Of a stretch of DNA of 64,000 nt, positions 44,453 through 55,586 are shown one piece after another. A program made the translations under genes and the position numbers. The notes below the pieces were generated by a model, which was not told the DNA's origin, did not search any database, and saw only the letters and a list, made by a program, of their open reading frames with translations. This DNA is from Tetramitus jugosus (taxonomy: Eukaryota > Protista > Heterolobosea): contig OW569378.1 of assembly GCA_937625935.1 (NCBI GenBank), positions 62,001 to 126,000 of the forward strand. Direction: 5' to 3'. Every line of letters starts with the position of its first letter. The stretch's first letter is position 1.

Positions 44453-44596
44453 CGCTCTCGAGACCTTCTGTTGTTTGTGTTGACTGGAGTTTTGTTGTCT
44501 CAATCACTTTTCCATAGATTACCGTAAAAAGCCCCATCAATAAAATCTCGTTGCGAAGAAACCTCGGATGCAAGGACCCCAGTTGAATTTGTATCC

Positions 44597-45844
44597 ATGT
44601 TCGTAGACAGTTCACTGTGTGGCCCCAATTTCTCCGAAATCACAAAAACATTGAGCACCGTAAGTCGCAAGCAAAGAAAAATGCTTCGATCCTCCTCTAC
44701 GAGTGATCTAGAGACACGAATCAGAGAAACGATTGCGGATCCCATTCGAAACAAGCTGATCAGCCCAGTCAATCATCGAGATCCCTTCCACGATGACTAC
44801 TATCCCCAAATTGGTGATCAAGTGGCCTTTTTCAAGACTGGTTACAAGAAATGGTTGGGTCGGTTGATGATACCAACAGATTTCAAGACATATGTGCATC
44901 CATTGCTCAAGAATAAGCTTTTGTCGATACCCAACTTGCCAGAGCTACTGTATTGCAAGATTACGGATATTCAGTATCGATTGGAGTTTGTTGCGAATCA
45001 TGTGCCATTGACGATTCGAACTATTACACTCTACATTGAACAAATACCTCATGACCAAGTGTTGACTCACATGCAAGAGAGATTGGTTGGTCGGACCATT
45101 GTGTTGGACTATGTAGATCATCCAAATTGTTCTCCGACGTTTCTGATACTGAAACAGTTGCATTTGTGTTCGGCACAGTATTTTTCAAAGATCAAGCCAC
45201 CATATTCGCAACACGTGTTGCACATTAGTGTGAATCGAGCTTTTCAAAAGGTGGAGTTGATTGATGTTTTGTCTGATGCGTCATGGGAGAAGCTAAAGGT
45301 TAGGTGGGGCGAAGGTGACGATGAAGACGAAACGGACAATGTGAACATTTGGGAAGCAAAACAAGTTGAGGAGTGCACTGATTTAAGAAAGGTATTACCA
45401 AAGATTAGTCAGGTACAGAAGGAGAAGCTCTCCCAAGCATTTTCAGAGTTTTTAACAGATGAAAACTTGAGGATGATACCTCCAATGTCTCCTATGTGTG
45501 CATATCCACTTCCGTTGAATTCCATCAAGCTTCGATTGGACAATGACTTTTATCATGATGTAAATGTAAGTATCAGGCATAGTAGAAGTGTTCAGCTTTA
45601 TGTCATAGTTAGTTATATCTGTTTATTCATTCTCTTTTACTTACAATTCTTTGGCTGTATGTGTAATGTGTAGATGCTATGGAGTGATTTGGAACATGTG
45701 GTTGACATGTTCAGGAAGAAGAGAGGGTCTCATGTCAAACTCCTGGATTCATTCTTGGCGGTGGTTGATGACTTAATTATGATTGAACAACCTTCGAATC
45801 AAACTCCCACCACGAGAAACGGACATCCATCACCAAAAACATAA
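44597..45844 (+). CDS. BRWD/PHIP-like ancillary domain with degenerate bromodomain; intron 45566-45673
   Basis: YYPQIGDQVAFFKTGY, YCKI.DI.Y, FLILK, WEKLKVRW, VNIWE, YPL.L..IK.RLDN.FY...|MLWSDL. Confidence 0.7.
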
Positions 45845-46341
45845 ACTTTATTCAGAAGGTTCGTGTGAAATTTCGAAGTGAATTGGGATTTCGGTGTTAT
45901 TGTTCATCTTCAACTTCTTCACTTCTTCCTCAGAAGTTCGTTCACTCGCAGGCATTTGTGTTGTTCAAGTCATTTAGTGTGGGAACTCTCCAATCTAAAG
46001 TCGAGGGATATGATAAATGTCTGAGATTCTGAAGAGTTCTCCGTCGATTGCGCTCGTCAACATCAGGATGAGGATGACGAAGTACTCATTGGAAAGACTT
46101 TGTCCAAAGACGTATACAAATAAATAAATGAACATAACGATCCTGCATACAACAATGACTGAATACAACCAAGATTGTCCAAGATTTGTTCTTATTGTGC
46201 AGCATCGTTTGTGTGAATCATCATGATACGAATGAGTATATTGGTTTGCTGAGAAGCTCGGTTAAGTTTTAAAGGAGGTTCATGTTTATGGGCATTCAAA
46301 TACGTTGATCGGTTCCATCAATCATCGTGTAGCATCGAGCT

Positions 46342-47292
46342 TTAGGCTCTGAAGTGATCTTTTCTCTCTCGTACAATTCTCATTGTTTCCACTGGGTCTC
46401 CAATAGCATTTGCCCATTGTTGAACACTTGATTCAAAAACTCTGAAGAATGGATTGTATGAGAATTCTTCAGCAAGAGTGCTTGGAACAGTTGGTTTACC
46501 TTCATTTCTCAACTCTTGGCATTGCTTCATCTTGTGAATGAGAGCTTCATTGTTCGGTTCAACAGTCATTGCAAACTTAAAGTTGCTCATTGTGTATTCG
46601 TGGCCAGGATACATCTTTGTGTTTTTGGCATCTAATGTCTTCATCAGCTCTACATTTCTTGTCATTTGAGTGGCGTCTCCTTCAAAAAATTTGCCCGCTC
46701 CTGCAACAAAAAACGTGTCACCACTAAACAAGTGTTTCTCTTCAGAGTTTGGTGATTCAATCAAGTATTGAACGTGACCCTTGGTATGACACGGAGTATA
46801 GAGCACCTGTGCATTCAATTCTTCACTCAATTCCAATATTTCTCCATGTTCGACTCTTCTTGTTCTAGCAGGAATGTCCTCATAGTTACTTCCTACGACA
46901 TGAACATTTGGAAAGTGTTTCTTCATGTGCTCATTGCCACCTGCGTGATCCCAATGATGATGAGTCGTCAAAATGTACTCCAAGTTCAATTTTCCATGAT
47001 ACACGCTTCGATTGATCTCGGAGAATTGATGGATGACAGAATCGGGTTGTGCGGGGTCAACCAGTGCACAGGTGTGGTCCTTGGTGTCTACAATCATGTA
47101 ACAATAATTGTCTTGGAGGATGGGCAGAATGTGAACTTTCATTTGAGAAATGTTGTTAAGTGCAGAGTAGTGTTGATGTTGTTGGTGATTCGTTTTGTGT
47201 TGTTGTGGGGAGTTGAAGATCAATGGTCCGCTGATTGTCCTCATCAGGGATCTTGTTTGAAGCGCGGAGATCCGACAGTAACGATGGATCAT
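46342..47292 (-). CDS. HAGH: Glyoxalase II (hydroxyacylglutathione hydrolase) with presequence
   Basis: MKV..LP.L.DNY.Y, VDP, THHHWDHAGGN, TPCHT.GH, FSGDT.F.AG.GKFFEG, GHEYT..N, PTVPST..EE..YNPF.R. Confidence 0.96.
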   Translation of the reverse strand: MIHRYCRISALQTRSLMRTISGPLIFNSPQQHKTNHQQHQHYSALNNISQMKVHILPILQDNYCYMIVDTKDHTCALVDPAQPDSVIHQFSEINRSVYHGKLNLEYILTTHHHWDHAGGNEHMKKHFPNVHVVGSNYEDIPARTRRVEHGEILELSEELNAQVLYTPCHTKGHVQYLIESPNSEEKHLFSGDTFFVAGAGKFFEGDATQMTRNVELMKTLDAKNTKMYPGHEYTMSNFKFAMTVEPNNEALIHKMKQCQELRNEGKPTVPSTLAEEFSYNPFFRVFESSVQQWANAIGDPVETMRIVRERKDHFRA

Positions 47293-47362
47293 TGGCGACA
47301 GCGAACAGAACACAGGCAGGGAGCTGGATTGGTGGAGGTGTTGATTTGTTTTTTGGACGAGT

Positions 47363-50300
47363 TTATTTGGACGAGACAGAGCTCTTTGGACCGCTGCCAG
47401 ATCTAGCATCAGACCCTTCTTCTGTGGAGTCAGACTCCTCGACAAAGGTTTTGTCCATAAATTCGAGCATGTCCAAGCAATTGCTCTCCAGGTCGAGGAA
47501 TTTCCTTTCCATGAGTCTATCCTTCATTTCTGTCGTGAGTGCATCAGATAGTTCGATGATATCGAGTTGGAGATCGTTCTTTCTTGCCTCACTTAGAGTT
47601 GAGTTCGGATCATTGGTAAAGATGGGGAACATTTGTGAGAAAATGCTGTGGCCATTGTCCCCTTCAAAAACATCACAAGACAGTATTTGGGATTCAGTCA
47701 TACTACTCGTAAACTGATTAACTTGTATATGGCGCTTACTGTTCTTCCTTTCTGTCAAACGTTTGGCATAATTCAATGATAGTTCTAATTGCTCGCGTAC
47801 TTTCGCTCTTTGTTGGATTGTCTGTTGAGAACATGAGGCATCAAACAGTTGTGTTTGGTTCATCTTGATTGAGAATATCTCATAGTTCTTTTTAGCTTTG
47901 GCCATACATCTTTCTGCAATTTGAACACACTTATCAATTAACTTGGTTAATAGCCGTCTTGTTGCACCATTCATTTGGACCATAGCTGGGTCATACTGGC
48001 TAAAAACCAACTTTTCAAAGGCAGATCTGTTTTCGAGAATCATAAAGTTTCCGACCCGAACGAGCTCAATAAATGCGACACTAACCTTACCAGGGCTAAC
48101 TCCTTTCACAAGAATGTTATCAACGTTCGAACACGCAACTTCAACTCTCTTTGAAAATTGCAGGTAGTATGTCGCTAGGTACCACTGTGCCAGGGCTGAG
48201 ATAGTCAGTTTTCTGTGAGTTTCGTCATGAACTGGACTCGAAACCATATTGCTAATAGAGTCTGTGCTTTCATTGTGGGTCCTCAAGAAAACATAATCGG
48301 CAGAGGTGCGAGTGAGCTTCGTAAAATCTTGCGCAAATTGAGATCCTTGCAGTTGTTCTTGCAACAAGGGAATAATTCGAGAGTATTCACCGCTCAGGTG
48401 TGAATGACCTGAAGCCCATATAGCTGTAATACTTGTGATGGAAGTATAGAGGGACGAGCAGATATTTTCACATATTTTGTTAACAGATTCATTCATACTC
48501 TTCACCCGAGAATCAGATAGAGCTCTATGCTTATCTTTCGCGAAATCCGCAATATCTTTTCGATAGAAATGGTTGCCAGTTGTTGGTGTTGAGACGGATG
48601 ATACAGCCGGACCAGATCGATGCCTTGAGATGTGAGAGACATCATTTATATCCTTCTTCATAAACCAAAACACTCTCTGCATATTCATAATTCTTGATTC
48701 CAAGATCTTCTCTTCATATTCTTTTCTGTAAGCATCTTCATAACCTGGAGGACTACTCCAAGGGGCCAACATTCTGTACCCTAAGTAGATGTAAGCGATC
48801 ACCTTAGTTCCAAAGAGGATAATCAGAAGCAACACTTTTGGGATTAACTTCCACACATATTTCGCAAATAGGAATGGTTGACGCAGATAAAAATGAAGGA
48901 ATCGTCTCCTCTTGCCGAATTTGATCAACTTTTGATGCTCAATCTTGGTTTCATCGAGCTCAGATCCTAATGTAGATTCTACAGGCGATGCCTTCTTATT
49001 ACTGCTCCTCTTTGGTTCCAAGGGATTCATTCTCTTTCTATGTATCTGATTTTGAATAAGGAACAAGCTATATTGTCTATCGGAATGGTTTCTATCGAGA
49101 TAGTTCTTCTCATACATTGTTGACTTGTTCAACAGATTCGCTTCAAGATCAAGCTCTAAATCATTTGCATTTGCGTTCGAATTAAATTGGTACTCAATCT
49201 TTGAGGCTCGGCTCTCTTGCGATTTTTCAATCTCCTTCTCTACATCATCAAGGGGACAATCATTTCTTAGCCACCACTTGACACGATAATTATCTTCAGC
49301 ATAGAGTTTCTTCCATACAAGTCCAGAGGTAGTCATTGGGAATGACCCTTCATTAAATAGGAAGGGACTAAATAGCCAAATGAATATGAGAACCGTATGG
49401 TAAATTAAGAATAATGCAGAGCCACCAGTTGATATACCAATTATCTGCAGGACTACCATGACGGCAGCAGGATAGAAGTGAGTATTCTTGAACGTTCTAA
49501 ATATTTCAGTAATTGATGTATGTTGGAGACCAGTTACTCTTCCCGAGGCAATGTACTTGGCTGACTGATTGAAGCCAAAATGGAAGTAAAAGCATGTATT
49601 CATAAGCTGGAACATACTATATATAAGCAAAAACACAAGGGACATGGCATATTCATAGACACCTCTAAAGAGCCCTCGATCTAGTATCAATTGTAATACA
49701 CCAGGCACGGAGAGAGCCATACCCATTTGGAATAAATATAATGAATCTGAAATAAGACTCATATTTCCAGAAACTAGATCGACAGTACTAAATATTTCGA
49801 GAGTACTTGAAACCTTGACTGCCTTGATCGTAATCAAAATTAAAATCAAGATGCCAACTCTTGTGGTGTACAGCACAAACGCAGCAGTAATAGTGAATAA
49901 GGTGTTCGAATAGTGACTAATCACACTGTAGCAAAACAATAGCTTGTCCAGAAAGGTAAAATGTCTGCTTGTGAGGATAGCAGATGGATATCGAGAGCAT
50001 ACTATCTGTGCAGCACCACCTGCCGTCTTACGGTTAAACTTGGTTGTTGAAATCATACACACATCTCTGGCCTTTCCCACCTCGATATATTCAACATGGA
50101 TGGACTTACCACCATTCAACAACATGTCAAATCCATTAAAAACATCTTCAGAGATATAGCTGAGTTTGCTCAAGCTAGTTGTGAACATAACGAAAGCACC
50201 TCGTAAGTAATCGGGATGACCATAATGGAATCTCAAGTTCATCATACTCCAAACCCTCTGAATAATAGAGCCAAACACCCTTTCAGTGAATGCTGCTGCG

Positions 50301-53300
50301 TAGCCTGCGTACGACCAATTTTTTGTGAAAACGTCTTCTGGAAATCCGACGATTGTGACCTTTTTGTCCTTGTCAAATTCTTTAAGAACATTAGGTACGA
50401 AAAAACTTTGACTCAAGGTCGCATCCATGTTGCAATCTACAGCTTGGCAATGAGTACCATCAAAAAACTGGAGCATATGACCTTGATTTGTTGGTTTTCC
50501 TTGGCCAACCTTTGAAAAATCATTAAAAGCATCAATTTCGTAGAGATTTCGTGGTACACCAGAATCATAAACCCGAAGGATGGACTTGTAATGGATTTCA
50601 TCTTCTCTCGTTGTTTGAGTCATAAATGCCACTTTCAGCATTGAGTCTCCAATAGTTTTACATAGAAAATCTAATCCTTGAACATACTCCAAGTGTTCTT
50701 GTTGATTTTCAAGCTTTTTTGATTCTGTCAATGAATCATAACCGGTGGCTGCTGTCCACATCGATTTATCATACAGCTGCGCACCAACTACATACGAAAA
50801 TTTTTGACGGACGATCGTTTTCACTTGATCATCAGACAACTCTGGATTCTGCAATCTCAGTAGTATCGATAGCGCCTTTGGATACCGCATGAATCCTTTG
50901 ACAGTTCGAGAGACTGGTTGAAATCGTTGTGATGCCCATGACTGGATCATTCTTTTCATGAATTGAGTAGTCGTAATTTTTTGAGTAGGGTGCTGAGTAA
51001 TGTCGATACCTGCTAACACCTTTGCTTCAATGTAGTCTACAGTCTTCCTTAATCTATTTCCTTGAGGAAACTCCTTATCTTTAAAATTTCTCCACTCTGC
51101 TGGATACCTATAAATCAATGCTCTGAGGAATGAATTGCTTGTGTTGTTAGGTTGTACTAACTCCTCCCAGCTGTAGAAAACCTTTTCCCTGAAAACTGGG
51201 GTAAATACGACCAGTCGCTTCATGTCTATAACCTTCACACCGTCAAAGGGCATACTACTCATATACAAATTATTGATAAACTTTATCAAGTGTCTGCGCA
51301 TATCTTCGCTGACAGGTCGGATGCTCAGATCTGGTACATCGACAATTTTGAGTCGGTTGCCGTTGCTCCCATTGAATAACTTTAGTTTGTAGCAAAGTCT
51401 ATTCTTTTCCTCTTTGCTGCATTCATGATTATCATAGAACTCTTCAATGATGGAATTCCATACTGTGGCCCAAGCAGTTTCTATCAACTCTCTGTCACAA
51501 AATTCCATGGGACTGTGGTCAGCCAACATCTTTTTTCGAAAATGTCTCAAGATAAGGTTTTTATCATGGAAGCATCGACGTAAATCTGTCCAGCAGTTGA
51601 CTCGTGACACACCTAACCATATTCCCTTGATAAATCCTACAACACCTGCGCACACACTCAGTAAAATCGGAGGGAGAATAACAAACACGAACATTAAAGA
51701 GATCCACATCAGTGCGAAACTTGCATACACCAGAACAATGTTCGCATATTCCTTTGAATTCAATTTTTCTTCGATTTGTCCCGCTATTAACTGCTCGGTC
51801 AGAGAAATAATATCAATTGTGATCGATCTTACAGACTCGAATAAAACATATCTCAAGACCACAATATACAATGCAGTCAACAATGAGGCAATGATGAATG
51901 TGGAGATTAGATGGATGTGGAGAAGAGACATTATGTAACCTGGTATAATATTCAAAAAGTTACAGCCGGCAAACTTAAATTCATAACGATTCATCAATGT
52001 ATCTCTTCGGGGGATGCTAAATCGGTGAGGATGAAATAATGAAGCCTTAGTTCTACCTCCTAACAAAATGCCTAAAATAAAATAAGGCACACATAAAAGC
52101 ACTGGGAGTGCTGAAATAGCCAAGTATATAATATTCAGATGAACTCCACCAACTGCAATATGAACCACCTTTACGCCCGTCCCTGAATACCCACGCTCAA
52201 TTCCAAAGTCAAACATCCAAGCAAGGGCAACAGTGAGACAAACCAATTGGTAGTAGATTGGTGGAAAAAAGTTAATGAAATAGGTTAAGTATCCACGCCA
52301 TCCAAACCATCCACCAGCCCGATCAAAGTATGTTTTCCACAACCGAGCAAACTTATTCTTTTCTTTGGTTAATGCCTTCGTCTCATCATCAGTTCTCGTT
52401 TTAAAGTCATGAATTGCACGATTGAGAAGTGGAAACTTCTGTTTCATTTTAAAGGCCTTTTCAAAGCCCGCAATAGCATATATTTCATGTGCATATTTTG
52501 GTGCGGGTGGATGAAGTGCTTTTTCATTCTTTAGCACTTCTTCCTTTGTGGCTGGTTTAACCCTTGTCAGAAAATTTTTAACGAATCCTGGAGTCCATGA
52601 AAGATCGTTCAAATCATCCCAGTCAAAAAATTGTTCGTTTCTTAAGTTCTTATCGAAACAATTTAGCATCAGATTATATGCCCACATTGCGTGATATCTG
52701 ACAGCAGCTCCTATGCTATCAATTTTGTAAGTTTTGAATTTTATCTCCTGGATATCGTTCCCATCTGATGTGTTGTTGTTTTCAACTTGGACATGTTCCA
52801 AACTTTGCGGTTTAATATCACCTTTCTTCTCTGCTATGTACATTTTTACAGCCATATGAAATAGTAAGAATGTGGTGTGGTTCTGTGTTCGAACAAGATC
52901 AACCTCACCAAACACCATCAAAAGCATCAGTAGTGCCGTTATAATGCCAGACTTTCCTGCTCCAACCAAGAAATCTTGACCTGTCACTTTTGACCATTTT
53001 TCATATTCAAACAGCAACTCTTGCTTACATTTGGTCAATGACACATCAAATTGCTTCTGTAATTGTTCCTTGCTCGGTGGTGCTGCTTTCTTGGCAGAGA
53101 CTTGAGCTTGAGACACCTTATCTTTTTTTATATTCTTGTCTATGGGCCAGTAGTCCAGCAGTAAATGTTTGAGATGTTCTCTTGCTTTTCTATCCACTGG
53201 TTCTTGAAACTTCCATTCAACAGAGTTCACACAATTCAATTCTTCAGCGATAATTTGTTCCTTTTGAATCAAAATATCATAGTCTGGAGAATAGCCCACG

Positions 53301-53575
53301 TTGACGTTCGATGCATCTTCAATATCAATAATTTCATCATCTGATTTCAGCTCTATTGCCTCGTTCTGCATGGAACTAGATGGATTGTTGCTACTACTCA
53401 AGCTACTCCTGCCTTCATTACTTGAGCTGGTACGATTGGAAGAAGAACCATCAACAGTATTAAAAAATGAGGACGAAGATGGGATACTTGAGCTAGACGA
53501 AGATGGATTACTCTGCTGGGAGTTTGATCTGGAGTGACTTCGCTTGCTTCTACGTGAAGTACGACTGCTACTCAT
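47363..53575 (-). CDS. 1,3-beta-glucan synthase (GT48, FKS/callose synthase family), intronless, divergent
   Basis: WNSIIE, FINNLYM.SMP, V.TP.F.E.V.YS, YP.EW.NF, WAS.R.Q..SRTV.G.M.Y, KFSYVV.AQ.Y, GQGKPTNQ, E.VFG...QR, RFHYGHPD, SEDVF.G, H.EY..VGK.RD, AKYIA.GR, HFY, LFSPFLFN. Confidence 0.93.
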   Translation of the reverse strand: MSSSRTSRRSKRSHSRSNSQQSNPSSSSSSIPSSSSFFNTVDGSSSNRTSSSNEGRSSLSSSNNPSSSMQNEAIELKSDDEIIDIEDASNVNVGYSPDYDILIQKEQIIAEELNCVNSVEWKFQEPVDRKAREHLKHLLLDYWPIDKNIKKDKVSQAQVSAKKAAPPSKEQLQKQFDVSLTKCKQELLFEYEKWSKVTGQDFLVGAGKSGIITALLMLLMVFGEVDLVRTQNHTTFLLFHMAVKMYIAEKKGDIKPQSLEHVQVENNNTSDGNDIQEIKFKTYKIDSIGAAVRYHAMWAYNLMLNCFDKNLRNEQFFDWDDLNDLSWTPGFVKNFLTRVKPATKEEVLKNEKALHPPAPKYAHEIYAIAGFEKAFKMKQKFPLLNRAIHDFKTRTDDETKALTKEKNKFARLWKTYFDRAGGWFGWRGYLTYFINFFPPIYYQLVCLTVALAWMFDFGIERGYSGTGVKVVHIAVGGVHLNIIYLAISALPVLLCVPYFILGILLGGRTKASLFHPHRFSIPRRDTLMNRYEFKFAGCNFLNIIPGYIMSLLHIHLISTFIIASLLTALYIVVLRYVLFESVRSITIDIISLTEQLIAGQIEEKLNSKEYANIVLVYASFALMWISLMFVFVILPPILLSVCAGVVGFIKGIWLGVSRVNCWTDLRRCFHDKNLILRHFRKKMLADHSPMEFCDRELIETAWATVWNSIIEEFYDNHECSKEEKNRLCYKLKLFNGSNGNRLKIVDVPDLSIRPVSEDMRRHLIKFINNLYMSSMPFDGVKVIDMKRLVVFTPVFREKVFYSWEELVQPNNTSNSFLRALIYRYPAEWRNFKDKEFPQGNRLRKTVDYIEAKVLAGIDITQHPTQKITTTQFMKRMIQSWASQRFQPVSRTVKGFMRYPKALSILLRLQNPELSDDQVKTIVRQKFSYVVGAQLYDKSMWTAATGYDSLTESKKLENQQEHLEYVQGLDFLCKTIGDSMLKVAFMTQTTREDEIHYKSILRVYDSGVPRNLYEIDAFNDFSKVGQGKPTNQGHMLQFFDGTHCQAVDCNMDATLSQSFFVPNVLKEFDKDKKVTIVGFPEDVFTKNWSYAGYAAAFTERVFGSIIQRVWSMMNLRFHYGHPDYLRGAFVMFTTSLSKLSYISEDVFNGFDMLLNGGKSIHVEYIEVGKARDVCMISTTKFNRKTAGGAAQIVCSRYPSAILTSRHFTFLDKLLFCYSVISHYSNTLFTITAAFVLYTTRVGILILILITIKAVKVSSTLEIFSTVDLVSGNMSLISDSLYLFQMGMALSVPGVLQLILDRGLFRGVYEYAMSLVFLLIYSMFQLMNTCFYFHFGFNQSAKYIASGRVTGLQHTSITEIFRTFKNTHFYPAAVMVVLQIIGISTGGSALFLIYHTVLIFIWLFSPFLFNEGSFPMTTSGLVWKKLYAEDNYRVKWWLRNDCPLDDVEKEIEKSQESRASKIEYQFNSNANANDLELDLEANLLNKSTMYEKNYLDRNHSDRQYSLFLIQNQIHRKRMNPLEPKRSSNKKASPVESTLGSELDETKIEHQKLIKFGKRRRFLHFYLRQPFLFAKYVWKLIPKVLLLIILFGTKVIAYIYLGYRMLAPWSSPPGYEDAYRKEYEEKILESRIMNMQRVFWFMKKDINDVSHISRHRSGPAVSSVSTPTTGNHFYRKDIADFAKDKHRALSDSRVKSMNESVNKICENICSSLYTSITSITAIWASGHSHLSGEYSRIIPLLQEQLQGSQFAQDFTKLTRTSADYVFLRTHNESTDSISNMVSSPVHDETHRKLTISALAQWYLATYYLQFSKRVEVACSNVDNILVKGVSPGKVSVAFIELVRVGNFMILENRSAFEKLVFSQYDPAMVQMNGATRRLLTKLIDKCVQIAERCMAKAKKNYEIFSIKMNQTQLFDASCSQQTIQQRAKVREQLELSLNYAKRLTERKNSKRHIQVNQFTSSMTESQILSCDVFEGDNGHSIFSQMFPIFTNDPNSTLSEARKNDLQLDIIELSDALTTEMKDRLMERKFLDLESNCLDMLEFMDKTFVEESDSTEEGSDARSGSGPKSSVSSK

Positions 53576-53912
53576 GATCGAGAGTAAGAAAGAAGCCAGA
53601 TATATGTTGTGTTGATGGGATGTTATTTGTTTTTAATAATGACAATAACATCAACACCAACAAGATAAAGAGCCAGTAATAGCCAACAATTGTGCAACTT
53701 CAAATAATTGGCACACAAAGACCACGACTGCGTAAAAATGTCACCCAGTTATCCTAAAGCAGGAGTGAATGTGATGGGTGTCATGATCTTCCTCAAGCAA
53801 TCAGCTCATATTTTTGCAATGGAAATAAAAATTTTTTTCGCGCAAAAGTTTTTGGCGCTCAAATTCGGAAAAAAGAAAACTAATACTCCTCTTGTTGAAA
53901 AAAAACCAGAAC

Positions 53913-55586
53913 ATGTCTGCGAGTGGTGATCAAAAGCAAGCGACAAGCACAACAACAGCAACTGCAAATTCAGCAGCGGCCAATGAGTACAATATTGATC
54001 AAGATCAAGAAACATTGAATAAGCTTGCCAATTTGCTTGGTACCAAAGATAAGACTGAGATTAAGAAGGAAATTGAAAAATCTCATCGTTTCTGGGACAA
54101 TCAACCTGTTCCAAAGATTTGTACGTGCAATCTTTTTTTTTTCGTTTGTCAACCACAAAATCAAACACAAAACGTGATGAAGCTAACGCGTGTGAATAAC
54201 AATTGTTTTTTCATTTTCTTTGTTGTTGTTCTTGTCAACTGATTCATCACATACAGATGACAATACGGATCAAATTGGTCCATTGGAATCAAAGACATTG
54301 GATCAAGTGAGAAAGGAACCATTGGATTTGCCAGAGTCATTCGAATGGTTCGATGTAGATGTTGACAGTGATGAAGACGTATGTACCCTGGTTCATGATT
54401 GATGATGTGTGTGTGTGGTGTGTGGTGCATGTGTGATTGACCACCATTTGTCATCATTGATCAATTTGTTTCTCTAACATTCCCATCTCTCTTCATGTGT
54501 GTAAATGTGTAAATGTGTGAATATGTGTGTCATCGTTGTTTAAAATGTTGGTTGATGTGTGATGTCATATGACACTAGATGAAAAAAGTGTATGACTTGT
54601 TGGAGCAAAACTATGTGGAAGATGATGATTGCATGTTCCGATTCGCATATCCAATTGACTTTTTGCGTTGGGCATTGAAGCCACCAAAGTGGAGAAAGGA
54701 TTGGCATATTGCAGTAAGAGTCAAGAGCACTCAAACATTTGTGGCCTTTATTACTGCTGTACCTGCTCATATCATGGCCAACGGAGAAAAGGGAATGAAA
54801 ATGGTTGAGATCAACTTTTTGTGTGTTCATAAGCAGTTGAGAGACAAGAGACTGGCACCTGTTTTGATTGCTGAAGTCACACGTCGTGTCAACTTACAAA
54901 ATATCTGGCAAGCTGTGTATACTGCTGGTGTGTTGTTGCCAAAGCCAATTTCAAAGACCAGATACTATCACAGATCATTGAATCCATCCAAGTTGGTTGA
55001 TATTCGATTTTCTTCCGTTCCTGTTCGCTTCAGAAAGTATGCAGACTCAATGAAGAGAACTGAGATTTATTACTCAGTTCCAGAAAAGCCTCTGACACCT
55101 GGTTTTAGACCGATGGTTAAGAAGGATGTCCCTAATGTCTTCCCATTGGTGAATGAATACTTGGAGAGATTTAAGGTTGCTCCAAAGTTCACCAAGAATG
55201 AATTTGCTCACTGGTTCTCTCGTAGAGACAAAGTCATTTATTCTTATGTGGTGGAGGATCCTCAAACTGGAAAGATTACTGATTTTGGATCTTTTTACTC
55301 ATTGCCTTCAACAGTTATTGGCCATCCAAAGCATAACGTGCTCAATGCTGCTTATCTCTATTTCTATGTCTCTACAAAGACTCCGCTTCCTGCTCTCATT
55401 CAAGATTTATTGATTAGCGCTAAGCAGAATGATTTTGATGTATTTAATTGTTTAGACATCATGGAGAATTTATCATTTATCGAACAACTAAAGTTCGGTC
55501 CAGGTGATGGTAATTTGTATTACTATCTTTATAATTACAAGATTCCAGATCTCCAACCAAAACAAGTTGGTCTAACAATGTTATAA
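53913..55586 (+). CDS. NMT: Glycylpeptide N-myristoyltransferase; introns 54121-54256, 54379-54578
   Basis: H.FW..QPVP, NYVEDDD.MFRF.Y, EINFLCVHK.LR.KRLAPVLI.E.TRR, YTAG, HRSLNP.KL, KFG.GDG.L.YY.YN. Confidence 0.98.

Noticed and set aside
45944-46089. Minus-strand ATG..TCC-TGA-TG resembling the antizyme +1 frameshift site
   Set aside because: The +1 frame stops after about 40 codons and shows no antizyme motifs. Likely chance within a TCA/TCC repeat.
47293-47445. Apparent overlap of the glyoxalase II ORF with the glucan synthase 3' end
   Set aside because: Artefact of the ORF caller using a TTG start; the plausible ATG is at 47292.
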